Below, piece after piece: positions 12,001 through 18,400 of a stretch of 64,000 nucleotides of DNA. The DNA is from a virus (lineage: Duplodnaviria; Heunggongvirae; Uroviricota; Caudoviricetes), in the IMG/VR virus record IMGVR_UViG_3300043399_000676. One strand, 5' to 3'. Position 1 is the stretch's first letter; every line of letters starts with the position of its first letter. The notes below the pieces were generated by a model. That model was not told the origin of the DNA. It did no database searches and was given only the letters and a program-made list of their open reading frames with translations. The position numbers were made by a program, and so were the translations under genes.

Positions 12001-13428
12001 GGTAGCTAATAGTACTCCACCAAACACAGTTCCAGTAAATTCTATAGGACCATTTTCTACCATGTTCGCAGTAGAACTACAGGTAAATGTATGGTCGGAT
12101 GAGCTTGATGCAGTAATTGTAAGTGGTTTGTATACAAATAGCTGGAAAGTCGGTTCGACTGCTGCACCTGCTGTAATAGTTTGTGCAGAAGTTAACGGAT
12201 TAACAGTTACGTTCGTACTAATTGGTCTTAGCTGAGAAATTTTGCTAGTAAGAATTCCAGTATTGTTCTCATCTGGCAATCCTCCCACTGGCATTACATA
12301 ATCGTCAATCGCACTAATAGTAAGAATTACTTGGGTATTATCTGCACTCTTTCTTGCGTAAACTTCAAACCTATTACCTGGATAAAATCCAGTTGGATCT
12401 TCTGTCTTTAGGAAAAGCTGGTTACTAGTTGTTAAATCTTCCCAACCCAAACCATATACTGTTACGTTTGGATCTGATACATTTGCATATGTAGTGTCGG
12501 AGTAATTTATAGAAATAACACCGGTCGCATCATACATTGCGTTCCATGCGTCATTTTTTGGTCTTTCATCATTACCAGTTCTAGATACATCAATTAAAAG
12601 TTTCCCGCCTGCATTAAAAAAGTATCTTAGATTCTGTGCTGACCCATCGCCTAACGTGCTTCCAGTAATTGTTACAGTATGTGTTAGTGTACCGTTCCAT
12701 GCAAGATTTTGAGTTGCTACTGCAAGTAACTCTGACTGCAATTCAGTAGGATCGGCATCTAACCTATCTTGGTCTAAGAAGTCTGCAAAGCTTTGATATT
12801 GTGCTAGGATCTCATCAGAAACTTCAATTCCTGAAGAAATCACTGCTAGATCCTGTCCTGTGTTTCCTGTACCGCTTCCAATAGTTATACCTATTTGATG
12901 CTGTCTGGCTTTAACCATGTCAGATCGCAAATTATTCCATTGCAAACTGCTAATGTTTGAATTTTGTGCTAATGGTGCTGATCTTACTGTTTGACCGTAT
13001 CCCCTGCTACCTGAACCTTGTCCTAAGACTGCTCCTACTTTAATTGCAATTGCGTTAAAGTCTTCAACTGCGATTGCATCCACTGTCGAAACATACTTAA
13101 CTTGAAGTATTGCTCCAGCAACTGGCAACGTACCAGACACATAAGTTACTGGTACAGTATAATATGTAGTGTTATTAACTGCAGGACCAGACAATTCAAA
13201 CAATATAATGTTTGTTCCGTCTGTTATGTATACCTTTCCATAATCTGGTGGTGTACCTGTTGCCCCAAAAGTAGCAAGAACAGAACCATTCGAAAGTCCA
13301 GTGTTATCTTTCTCATTTATGTACAAAGATGTAACATCTGCAATCGTTGTATCATCGAATCTTAGTGATCCATTTGTTCCTATTCCTGCTGCTGTTGATG
13401 CGCTAAAAGTATATTTTAATACGGCCAT
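85..13428 (-). CDS. Giant tail fibre/adhesin (4447 aa): N-terminal virion-attachment region, roughly 30-35 Calx-beta/Ig-like repeats, C-terminal glycine-rich domain
   Basis: ~105-aa repeating pattern EG-x-V-x-F...LYW...DF...SG...D-xxx-EG-x-E-x-F...V-x-I-x-D; C-terminal GAGGG/GGGGG-rich domain typical of phage fibre tips; lies in the tail operon. Repeat count estimated from length. Confidence 0.8.
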   Translation of the reverse strand: MAVLKYTFSASTAAGIGTNGSLRFDDTTIADVTSLYINEKDNTGLSNGSVLATFGATGTPPDYGKVYITDGTNIILFELSGPAVNNTTYYTVPVTYVSGTLPVAGAILQVKYVSTVDAIAVEDFNAIAIKVGAVLGQGSGSRGYGQTVRSAPLAQNSNISSLQWNNLRSDMVKARQHQIGITIGSGTGNTGQDLAVISSGIEVSDEILAQYQSFADFLDQDRLDADPTELQSELLAVATQNLAWNGTLTHTVTITGSTLGDGSAQNLRYFFNAGGKLLIDVSRTGNDERPKNDAWNAMYDATGVISINYSDTTYANVSDPNVTVYGLGWEDLTTSNQLFLKTEDPTGFYPGNRFEVYARKSADNTQVILTISAIDDYVMPVGGLPDENNTGILTSKISQLRPISTNVTVNPLTSAQTITAGAAVEPTFQLFVYKPLTITASSSSDHTFTCSSTANMVENGPIEFTGTVFGGVLLATTYYVHSIVSETKFKISDTQGGSVKTLTTASGSMTGKAYGIVEMDEGSTIIAEVNTTNLENGTALYWTPLGTVSNADFSTGYTSSVINNQCSFTITTNADVTTEGNENFRIQVRTGSISGRIVATSSPIVINDTSLTPATYDLRVSGSLGGPILTSMNEGSTAIFEVTTTQVLAGTTLYWTVIPVSGTIEAADFVDSTLTGTVVIDTLGKGTFSRTLSRDLSSEGTEIFRVNLYAEDPNVNPSAQVKAYSTNVTVVDTSLTPPTYAVVADIVSVNEGGTVNFNVTTTNFGSGTLYWTVLGTAGADDFTDQSASGNVSITNNTGTFTRQLLTDLKTEGTETFTVQLRTGSVSGPVVATSQEITVVDTSKNLPNYISVTPNVTVVNEGATVTFNVLTAFVADQTPLYWRVEATGNINDKTPLAGDFSDDTLTGTVNVIGDKASIVRAIKADGTTEGVERFVLKIYTSPTYSIGSLVLSSTIVSIVDSSVNDPFYSIAASATSFNESTSTITFNVVTQYVPEGNLYWKIRSVQGSVDKADFVENVDSGEVLIEYTNAPTYEGAGSFQLTVRPDSLTEGVEKFVIELTASALSKTVLATSQEVTVNDTSLSSPTYQIVPSATTVNEGDVITFTVNTTNLTIPTTFYWKITAATGTVDANDFSSAISGSVLVSNNKGTINLTTFKDYIQEGSESFFLNLLAAPTDTISLATSPEIFITDSTTTLIANPTTVSEGSSITFDITTTGVADRTIFYWTLGGMVDIADFGLQEPAGEVEILGNKGKVTLAVVSDLRTEGTETFFLQVRRDSRTGPILRTSSLVSIIDTSVYPEVVVVSLDKGTGADGTISVNEGDTIVATVTTTNVPAGRVYYWDVVGTTIANDFSPSVLSGSITINGSGTATFSVPILNDLIEEGQEHFYINLRPVQNGGIIYTSPKINVADTSAVTITANKSVIREGEVVRFTVRTTNFATTPTLYWTTIGTTADADFTDNTLTGTFTFTSTNIFYIDRTAVVDGGSAEGTENFAIQIRTGSHSGPVIATSEYVSIRDVGYSVVPSALTIKEGETVNFDVFTTNVPDNTTFNWEITGTAIGSDFTETALTGTVKVVGDQGRVTKIASINNAVEGDKTFKLILKDSSNNPLAESAEVTLRDISFTLTPSATTIAEGQTLTVAVTTTNVADGTVYYWDITDASTGLVNYDFTTATSGSVTIQSNSAVTPITLTIRDELLTEGAETFKVRLKATASATTGITSTNTITITDAFTCAITHNAVGNAVDEGNAVTFTVTTTGLAASPATTLYWKVVGTTDNILPGDFSATQGTVSVSNNTGTFSVTVTADNLTEPTTEKFKVELRRNESDVQIIGQSVEITINDTSQSASSYSVVGTPNPVTEGNVLTFNITATNVANGTVLNWDIEPFNSLYPGGDINDVVGGLSGNVTINGGTGTVLKTISNDAQLEGTEQINFRLKNLANSVLANTVVTILDTSSIVVSPTTPITVAEGSSFNCTVNATNLANTQLYWTVIGANVDSSDFRNGINSGSFWANSGMGTFTINMANDLLVENDETFRVQIRTGSTSGTVFANSAVITIKDVVATVTPSTLTVKEGANVRFDISATNITTGANLIWEIRGHNGSSITSSDFTDGILTGNVTISNSTGVVNKTIAYDLSSEGTEQFVMDIKTQDGFVLVTSSPVSITDVTYSITPSTLTVKEGESVDFEIATSGVSIGTSVYWRLVPTLGTVNGADFSDGAIEGTFTLSSSTYTLTRSIVRDLTAQNVEGDERFKIELYTAKGGTLLAESSQVTITDVVYALTFDTSSSGTSTIKEGEWIRYNVALAGVNNGTTIYWRLRATTGTLATSDFTQTSGSFVTTGSDKLTITSSYDKTTSPLEGAEVYVVELFTDSGFTNKVATGPSFTLSDVTVVITPSVTSISENDTTPIVFNLALGNISNTNLYWAVRSITGNSVDSNDFTGPVSGTIAVTTNTTASFSLQMKVDSNSEGLEQFVVDVRLVDPSTGPVIATSPVISITDLAVSIIADKNLVREGENVKFTVNSSSNPTSTYFWSVRSTGANAVTSADFSSSMTGSITLVAGTGSFTLTPVVDTATNEVDNKFVVDLFNSSGGTLLVSSQEVTIGDVTVSSVASATTILEGDEVVFDITTTNLPSPTTLFWVANGGNITGSDFTDGKLSGSITVNNNIGTFSRRAALDNSNSETSETFTVSFYLGSATGTLLHTTEAVTILNRWLTITPSSTTVSEGGTLTFTLASQNIPNGTVVDWSVRGISTGITSADFGNGSTGNVQINSNAATFNLPIASDYSFEGTETFVVDATTTIAGTVINASTGTISITDVNYTITSNKTAIKENESVTFTVTTGTSVSSVYWKLRSVSGTVDGNDFAGAVEGTLNLTSGSGTITLTSIYDSSRENTESFVIDLYTSNPAGSGTLITLNAPCPTVTISDVNVVADPISAITVAEGEPLNVKFNTFGLTAGTTLYWEVVPTSGTVNGSDFVPNTLAGTFTVASDLTCTWTKQIAFDNQSDNNDKFRVDVRIGSASGTVIGSSPEVTMTDRSFSVTPSSATTVNEGDTVTFQISAANCDGLGYNWSLVKTGSTSSTLNLVDHVTGAVSGSGTFSGNSATVNVPVQFKADSINEGDMQVQLAVTVKNTQGTTVSPTVNSGVITVKNKSILIQTNKTAIAENESVTFTVTADTTLASVYWKVRTVSGTVNSGDFSTAIEGTLSLTNGTGAFTLTSAYDSSRENTESFVIDLYTSNPAGSGTLIPLSAPCPTVTISDVNVVEKQPVPTTVAEGDSFTLTFDTFGIAAGTTLYWKIEPTFGSLDKFDYVIEGLEGTFNVTTSSTVALTRQIKFDNDLEGNERFRVDVRIGSASGTVIGSSSDITIADRSIAITPNTATTVNEGDTVTFQLTATNCNATTYSWSLIKTGSTDASLNLTEHVTGAISGSGTFSGTPATVNIPITFKTDTVIEGDMQVQLRVTANNAQSVVMLPELTSGVITVKDTTIIVEPATVPSIKEGNSATITVRNSYASSWYWESTNTTDVTPTSGTLNFTNKAASFTLTALNDSLIEGSETLAVNLYTSQGGTLIRSITPITILDVTCAITPSVNTIYEGQTISFGIQTSNIDTSTPLYWYITGTTSGADLFDGVMAGTFNVNSSGAFTLTKVIATDLDTEVDETLYLNVKLNNASGTLIGTSPLVTVKNREIKVTSYTATAKEGETATYNLATTNIPNGTTVNWVITPGTTTLNSADFSPATLSGTTVVNSNAASVTVNLAYDNQVEIPEVYRFVASATVDGITYSTPPSFAVTSIQDVSMLVGSPTSVREGQSITFGLTTTNIPSGTTVYYTVRPTTGAGTVTPATLGLSSLKGTLVTSGTSGSLTFSLPYDWVKAAGDRKFVVDFRLGSDSNPVVATSAEVTILDVHVTIATDKDVYNEGETVNVTITTSNVPNATEYYWRILPDGAYAAPTIDDIAGNVLSGKIAINNQTFTGTLALVNDIVGDDTTYDTRLESFKIQLYLDAAMTVPITSAFTSTKTIVDTSYTTVTPSVDFVSEGSSVVFTVNVYGSPAYSGTLYWSTSTGVDKDDFGDKNINGEVSIVNGLGTITRTIAADRTTEGGENFFIYIRKNNITGPIIAVSSTVIISDTSITIYRGQGTSVSPTGQEFTLTTEAVNIAFNLVGAGGGAGSQDGGWFGGNGGAGGTWYAMAKLPATANTKRIRMKVGQGGGGGKTGREYVHAGVPVAGGYNIGGRGGAPGDTSGASSGGGGAGGGSTSVEYSTDNGLTWQPMLIAPGGGGGGGAGNSARIALDLNKNGNYTDANSALQNTLTLIQAGQEGDGQQNIVARYPILGSSIYDGGGGGGGGGAGGLGGKVEVIQTSSVDKDGNPVPGIYIVAPEEAGTGGLMGYHYFNNAISWETSRIKPVAGRSTGRIPAMGTTYGVGALANNSNDQNAGVSGVATFAWTTDLTEIPAPPAV
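3003..5000. repeat. Tandem ~999-bp (333-aa, three-module) duplication inside the giant fibre gene
   Basis: Matching segments at a constant 999-bp offset (gaacttccaataacagt 3371/4370; ttgacatcagaaattgtaac 3671/4670; ttactgtgtcaccttcgttaac 3291/4290); YDSSRENTESFVIDLYTSNPAGSGTLI occurs twice. Boundaries approximate. Confidence 0.85.
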
Positions 13429-13440
13429 GGTAATTTTTCT

Positions 13441-14655
13441 TTAGTGAATGATAACTATTGCTTCGACGGTGCCTTCCTCAGTTGAAAGTTTATCTGCCAA
13501 AGCACGACCTATTGAATTGAATGCATTTGCTTCGCCCTTGGCTGCTGCCCTAGCAAAGCCATTGCCTGCACTCACCAGGCGGTCACCCTTCTTAATTGTT
13601 CCCTTAACTTTGACTTTGACTCGTCCACTGACTGCAACTGCTGGGTGAGTCTCATCTGTTCCTGCTCCACTGTTCATTAAGTAAGCAGCAGTATTACTAA
13701 TGACCCCAAACACATTATCACTAAGGTCATCAACCACCGCGGTGATTTCTTTCTCACCACCAAGCTCGACTACTGTGCCCGGTTCATATATTGCATCAGA
13801 TTCAAAACGTTCTGCTAAGTCAGCGTATGTTGCAGTTAGTCGTGATCCAGGAGTCAATCCCCAAATACCAGAAATACTACCGCCGCCAGTGAGTAGACTG
13901 GTTGTAACGCTAGTTGCTGTAATGTTTCCATTGAAACGCTGTCCCGCAGAATAACCTGTGCTGTTGCCGTTCAAATAAACATAAACATTTGAATCACTGT
14001 AATTTGATGGGTTATATGGTTGACCGTTTGCGTAGTAATAGTTTGGAGCAAACACACCACTTGGTGTTAGTCGAACATTTGACGTACCACCGGCAGTATT
14101 TGCAATCTGAATTGTATTGTTAACTGTCCATGTTCCAGTTAACGTGCCTGGTGTACCAACTGCGCCTGTTGAAATAATTGCAGTTTCAACTGCACCGATT
14201 ACTGCATTAGTTGTAATATTCGCTGCATTTGCAACTAAACTTTCTGTTACTGTTGCAATTCTAACAGTAATTGTGTCACCATTAAATGCATTCAGAGATC
14301 GAATATTATTCCCAGTGATATTTCCACTGACAATAATATTACCAAAGTTTGTGTCAGAGTATGCGTTTGTTGTAGTTACAACTAACCAAGACCCTGGATC
14401 AGTAGTACCATCAGCAGGACAAACTCTAAGCGTTCCATCGTTTGAGTTAAACCAAAGTTGTCCCTTTAATGGATTTGAGGGGACATTTGCTCCTGCAAAA
14501 TTTTCAAGGAGATGAACAAAGTTTGTGTCCAAAACTTGACCATAGCCTGCATAGTTTCTTCCAGGAAGACCTAATGCTGTGCTTGTAGTGTCGATAGTAC
14601 CGTCTTGTATCGTTGTTAACGTTGTACCATCGCTTCTAATTATCGTATACGCCAT
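13441..14655 (-). CDS. Short tail fibre/virion structural protein with a C-terminal chaperone-like domain
   Basis: N-terminal G(R/K)NYAGYG...NFVHLLENFA...P.NP..GQLWF motif and C-terminal YADLAERF...GRV.VKV.G...KGDRLV motif, both recurrent in large-myophage fibre proteins; GGAG RBS. Confidence 0.7.
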   Translation of the reverse strand: MAYTIIRSDGTTLTTIQDGTIDTTSTALGLPGRNYAGYGQVLDTNFVHLLENFAGANVPSNPLKGQLWFNSNDGTLRVCPADGTTDPGSWLVVTTTNAYSDTNFGNIIVSGNITGNNIRSLNAFNGDTITVRIATVTESLVANAANITTNAVIGAVETAIISTGAVGTPGTLTGTWTVNNTIQIANTAGGTSNVRLTPSGVFAPNYYYANGQPYNPSNYSDSNVYVYLNGNSTGYSAGQRFNGNITATSVTTSLLTGGGSISGIWGLTPGSRLTATYADLAERFESDAIYEPGTVVELGGEKEITAVVDDLSDNVFGVISNTAAYLMNSGAGTDETHPAVAVSGRVKVKVKGTIKKGDRLVSAGNGFARAAAKGEANAFNSIGRALADKLSTEEGTVEAIVIIH

Positions 14656-14684
14656 TTTAAGTTTGCTCCGCTAAGTGCTTTCAG

Positions 14685-14691
14685 TATTTAT
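14685..14691 (-). promoter_or_regulatory. T4-like late promoter box ATAAATA
   Basis: In the short intergenic gap upstream of the 14655 start; matches the gp55-type TATAAATA core. Confidence 0.7.
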
Positions 14692-14698
14692 CACTACA

Positions 14699-15319
14699 TT
14701 ACAATGTAACCAAGTTGGTCAATGATTGGATGCGGATTGTATAGTCGATTTGAAGTTGTCTGTTCAAGCTTTTTTGAACAGGATGAAAAACTGCATGACT
14801 AATTAGCCTTAGTTGTTCTCCACCTGCTGCATCTAATCCATAACTAACTAACAATCCAAGTTCATCAAAAATATAATCAGATTCCATTTGAGTAGCATTG
14901 TCGAATGCTGCCTGTCCTGAAGGCTCACCATAATCTAAAAGACATTGAATGAGAATGTCAGTATAAACTTTTCCCACAGTGTGAGAAATAAGCATCTTGT
15001 TTCTAGTGGGGTCTAGATTCAAAACACTGGTATCGTCAATAACTTTTGAATAAGTTTGGTTATATAATGAGGCATTTTGCCCTATTGTATTTGTTGGCAA
15101 GTAAGTTATAATACCCGTTTCGTCTACACTTGATCCCCCATTACCAAATGCCATTCTGAATAGCTGCCCATATCCTCTACTACTAAACGTAGATGCGATA
15201 GCTTCGCTTATATTCTCATAGTGAATGCCGTTATGTTGGTCAACAAAGACCTCATTGGTGTTAGGATCGCTGATTTTAAAGAATCCCTCGACCCCTAGTT
15301 TTATTGTGGAATTGCTCAC
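14699..15319 (-). CDS. Virion structural/baseplate protein (206 aa, GTG start)
   Basis: C-terminal CLLDYGEP...YIFDELGL...HAVFHPVQKSLNR..QIDYTIRI pattern typical of baseplate proteins in large myophages; AGAGG RBS. Confidence 0.7.
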   Translation of the reverse strand: MSNSTIKLGVEGFFKISDPNTNEVFVDQHNGIHYENISEAIASTFSSRGYGQLFRMAFGNGGSSVDETGIITYLPTNTIGQNASLYNQTYSKVIDDTSVLNLDPTRNKMLISHTVGKVYTDILIQCLLDYGEPSGQAAFDNATQMESDYIFDELGLLVSYGLDAAGGEQLRLISHAVFHPVQKSLNRQLQIDYTIRIQSLTNLVTL

Positions 15320-15331
15320 GAATGTTCCTCT

Positions 15332-15475
15332 TTATTCATCACCTCGGATTTGAACGTACACTTCTTCATTATTAGGATCAAAAATCTTGATTGCTGAAGA
15401 AAAATGTACGCCCGAAATCTCGTTTGGTTTAGTGTTTTGTACGTCTTTTGACTGCTGTTCAGGTTGATTTTCCAT
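15332..15475 (-). CDS. Small 47-aa protein (MENQPEQQSKDVQNTKPNEISGVHFSSAIKIFDPNNEEVYVQIRGDE)
   Basis: Hand-translated; fills the gap between two genes; ATAAATA box 6 nt upstream of the ATG; resembles the N-terminus of the next gene. Confidence 0.7.
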   Translation of the reverse strand: MENQPEQQSKDVQNTKPNEISGVHFSSAIKIFDPNNEEVYVQIRGDE

Positions 15476-15481
15476 ATTAAT

Positions 15482-15488
15482 TATTTAT
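15482..15488 (-). promoter_or_regulatory. Late promoter box ATAAATA, 6 nt upstream of ATG
   Basis: ATAAATA-attaat-ATG on the minus strand. Confidence 0.65.
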
Positions 15489-15493
15489 CAATT

Positions 15494-18400
15494 TCATTGT
15501 GGTGGATATTTAGTTAATGACGAAAGATCCGCAATCTCATCTGCCTCTAGCAAACTAAACACAGTAGTAAACGAAGGAATAAATTCTTGCGCTCCTGTTC
15601 CATTTACGCCCCTGGTCAATCCAGAAAGTGTGTTAAGCGCAATCACTGTACCAGTTGCTTGTCCTAAAGTATCACCATTTGCAGTTGCAGTAAACGTCAC
15701 GCCAACTGTATTTGAACTTGCTCCCAGCGATGTAAAATCTGCGTTACCAAGCGTTTGTATAGTGTATTTTCTTCCTATTCGTATTTCTGATACATTTTGG
15801 GTAGGATTTATAATAGAGAATCGAATCTCTTCTCCATTCACTAATATAAAATTACCAAAGTCTATATCAACTTGAATAACGTCACCGGCTTGTACTTTTG
15901 CAAAAACAGTATTTTCATCCTCTAATGGAACAAGCATATGGACTTCGATTGCTAGATTTTCTCTTGTCCAATAGAAGTCATTTCTTTGAGTCGTTGTGCT
16001 TTGTACCAAAGTTATTCCTTTTGTCAAGTTGCGAAGAGTCATGTTTTTTATTTCAGTAGTAATACCCGGCAAGTTCAACTCATAAAGTCTATAACCCAGT
16101 TTTTCATAATACAAGTAGTCATAATCACCGTCATCATCTTCTCTTGCAAGAGTAGTATAGGTTTCGGAGGTAGTTACTCTTGTTACATCGTTAAGAATAA
16201 CTTGATTATCGGTTATGAACAAAGGTTCTACTAACCAAGTTTTATTGAATACATTGATGTTATAAGCAGTTGTATTGTTGAGCCTATCAATAAACAATCT
16301 GTACTCTTGCTGATTTGGAACAACGAACGGGGTCATTGCATTAATAAGAATCTGCTCTGTAGAAGCTACCCCTGTTAATAACCCAACATAGTTTGTACCT
16401 CGATAGTCATAGAAGAAAACCTTGTCTGAGTTTATCCTATTACCGTCTACAGTAACCCACAATCTGTTTGGATCAATCATTGCCCCAAGTTTAGTATTAT
16501 TGAGTAGAATTCCTTTTATAGTTTCCCCTGACTTAACTCCCCATATCACCCCATCTGACGAAGTACCAGATGCTAATAGAGGAATATTTACAGTGTTATC
16601 AATATACACTTGATATAATCTTACAGTTTGACTGTCAACAACTTCCACTTGAAGAGGGGTTAAGTTAATCTCAGTAGCGCCTGAAACTCCATTCAACAAG
16701 ACAACATCTCCTGTTGTTAAATCATGTGGAGTCTTTGTAGTTACAACTGATACCGAGTTAATACTCTCAAGCGTAGCAATCTCAGCAAAGGTTGCAGTTG
16801 CCGCATCCAATGTCATGTATTGTCCTGTCAAGTTACTAAACGTAATAACTCCTATCTTGTCGCCTACTACTAAAGGAACAGAGTTATCTATGACAAGAGT
16901 ATTACCAGCAAGAGAATACTTAGTATTAGATAAACGCACACCATTAACACTAACGATCAATGTAGAAATTGCATTGGAATCTAAGAAGTTAGTCAATACA
17001 AAATTTCTTGTTGATGTAAACGTGAATACTTCGGCTTCGGGAATGGAATAAACTCCATTTGCATCAGAGTAGATAACGTAAGAAATATAGGTAGTCTCAG
17101 GGTCATATAAACTATTAAATCTGAGAATTGTTCTATTATCCGATGACTTTTCTAAACCAAAAGAACTAGTGGTTAACCGTTGCCCATTAACAAAAACATA
17201 GGTAGCTCCTTGACTTGTTTCGCTGAATAGTTGATCTATATAAATGATAGAATCCCCACTATCTTCTCGAAGAGGTGTATCATCTGTAGTTGATCGTACT
17301 AACTGCGGGCCATTACCAAGCTCGTAAAGTTCTACCATTATTGAATAAGATGAATCTAATGGGCTTGTGAGAGTGATCTCCTTTGTTACCCAGTTAATTG
17401 TATAATCAATATCTAAGTAGAGCCTTGGACCCCTGTTTGTAGTATCAAGTATCTTGAATATATTAATGCTAGTTGGTGTTTGTATAACGCCACGGAATGA
17501 TATTTGATTTGACGCATTAGGTTTAGTAACAAACGAAGTCATCTCAAACCCTAGATATTCATAAGTCTCAGGGTCCCAACCTGCCGATGGTTTTGTTCTA
17601 ACGTACATACTAATAGTGTCAGTTATAACGCCAGACATCATTTCCTCAGGGCTGTAACCAGCAGTAAATGTATCGCCAGTTACATTGTACAGGCTTTCAT
17701 CGGCAGTGGAAAGAATTCTTCGTTCGGTCCAGTTCAATCCATCTGCACTTACGAACACTACACCATTCGATGATCCAATTAAATATTCTGTTCCAGACCA
17801 AGTAATTGCATATAGGTCGTTTGTAGTATCTATCCCAGTAACATTTGCCCAAGTCATACCGTCAACCGAGGAAATAATTTTTCCATTGTTTCCAATCGCA
17901 ATAAAATTACCATTTTGGTAGATTACGTCTCTCAATGTCTCTGTTGTACCAGAACTAGTAGCTAACCAGTTGTATCCGTTAGTACTGTAAATGATAGTGC
18001 CTTCTTCACCAACTGCGACAATAACAGAAGAGTTATTTGCTATTGCATTTAAAGAAAGATTTGTCACTGGTGAAATTCTAGTCCAAGTGTTTCCTTGGTC
18101 ATTACTTACCGCAATCAAGTCTGTATTTTGAATAGAATAAACACCATCCGTAACGACAGATGTCTGTCCTTTTCCTACCGCAACAAATCCTTCAAAGAAT
18201 GAAACATCGATATACTTGACTGCATTAAATTCATTTAACAAATCAACTGCGTTTGAGAATGTAAACACAGGATTCCAGTCCACACCATTAATACTTTTGA
18301 ATATCTCGTATCCAACTGAGATATAAACCCCATCAAAGTAATCGACGGAATTCAATTGAGTAGTTTCAATAGCCAATGCAGAACTATCATACCCTTGATC

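Noticed and set aside
2321-14515. Many plus-strand ORFs of 60-233 aa opposite the fibre genes (similar ones lie opposite the wedge and tape-measure genes)
   Set aside because: Antisense shadows from the codon bias of Thr/Val/Ser/Gly-rich genes; no RBS or recognisable motifs.
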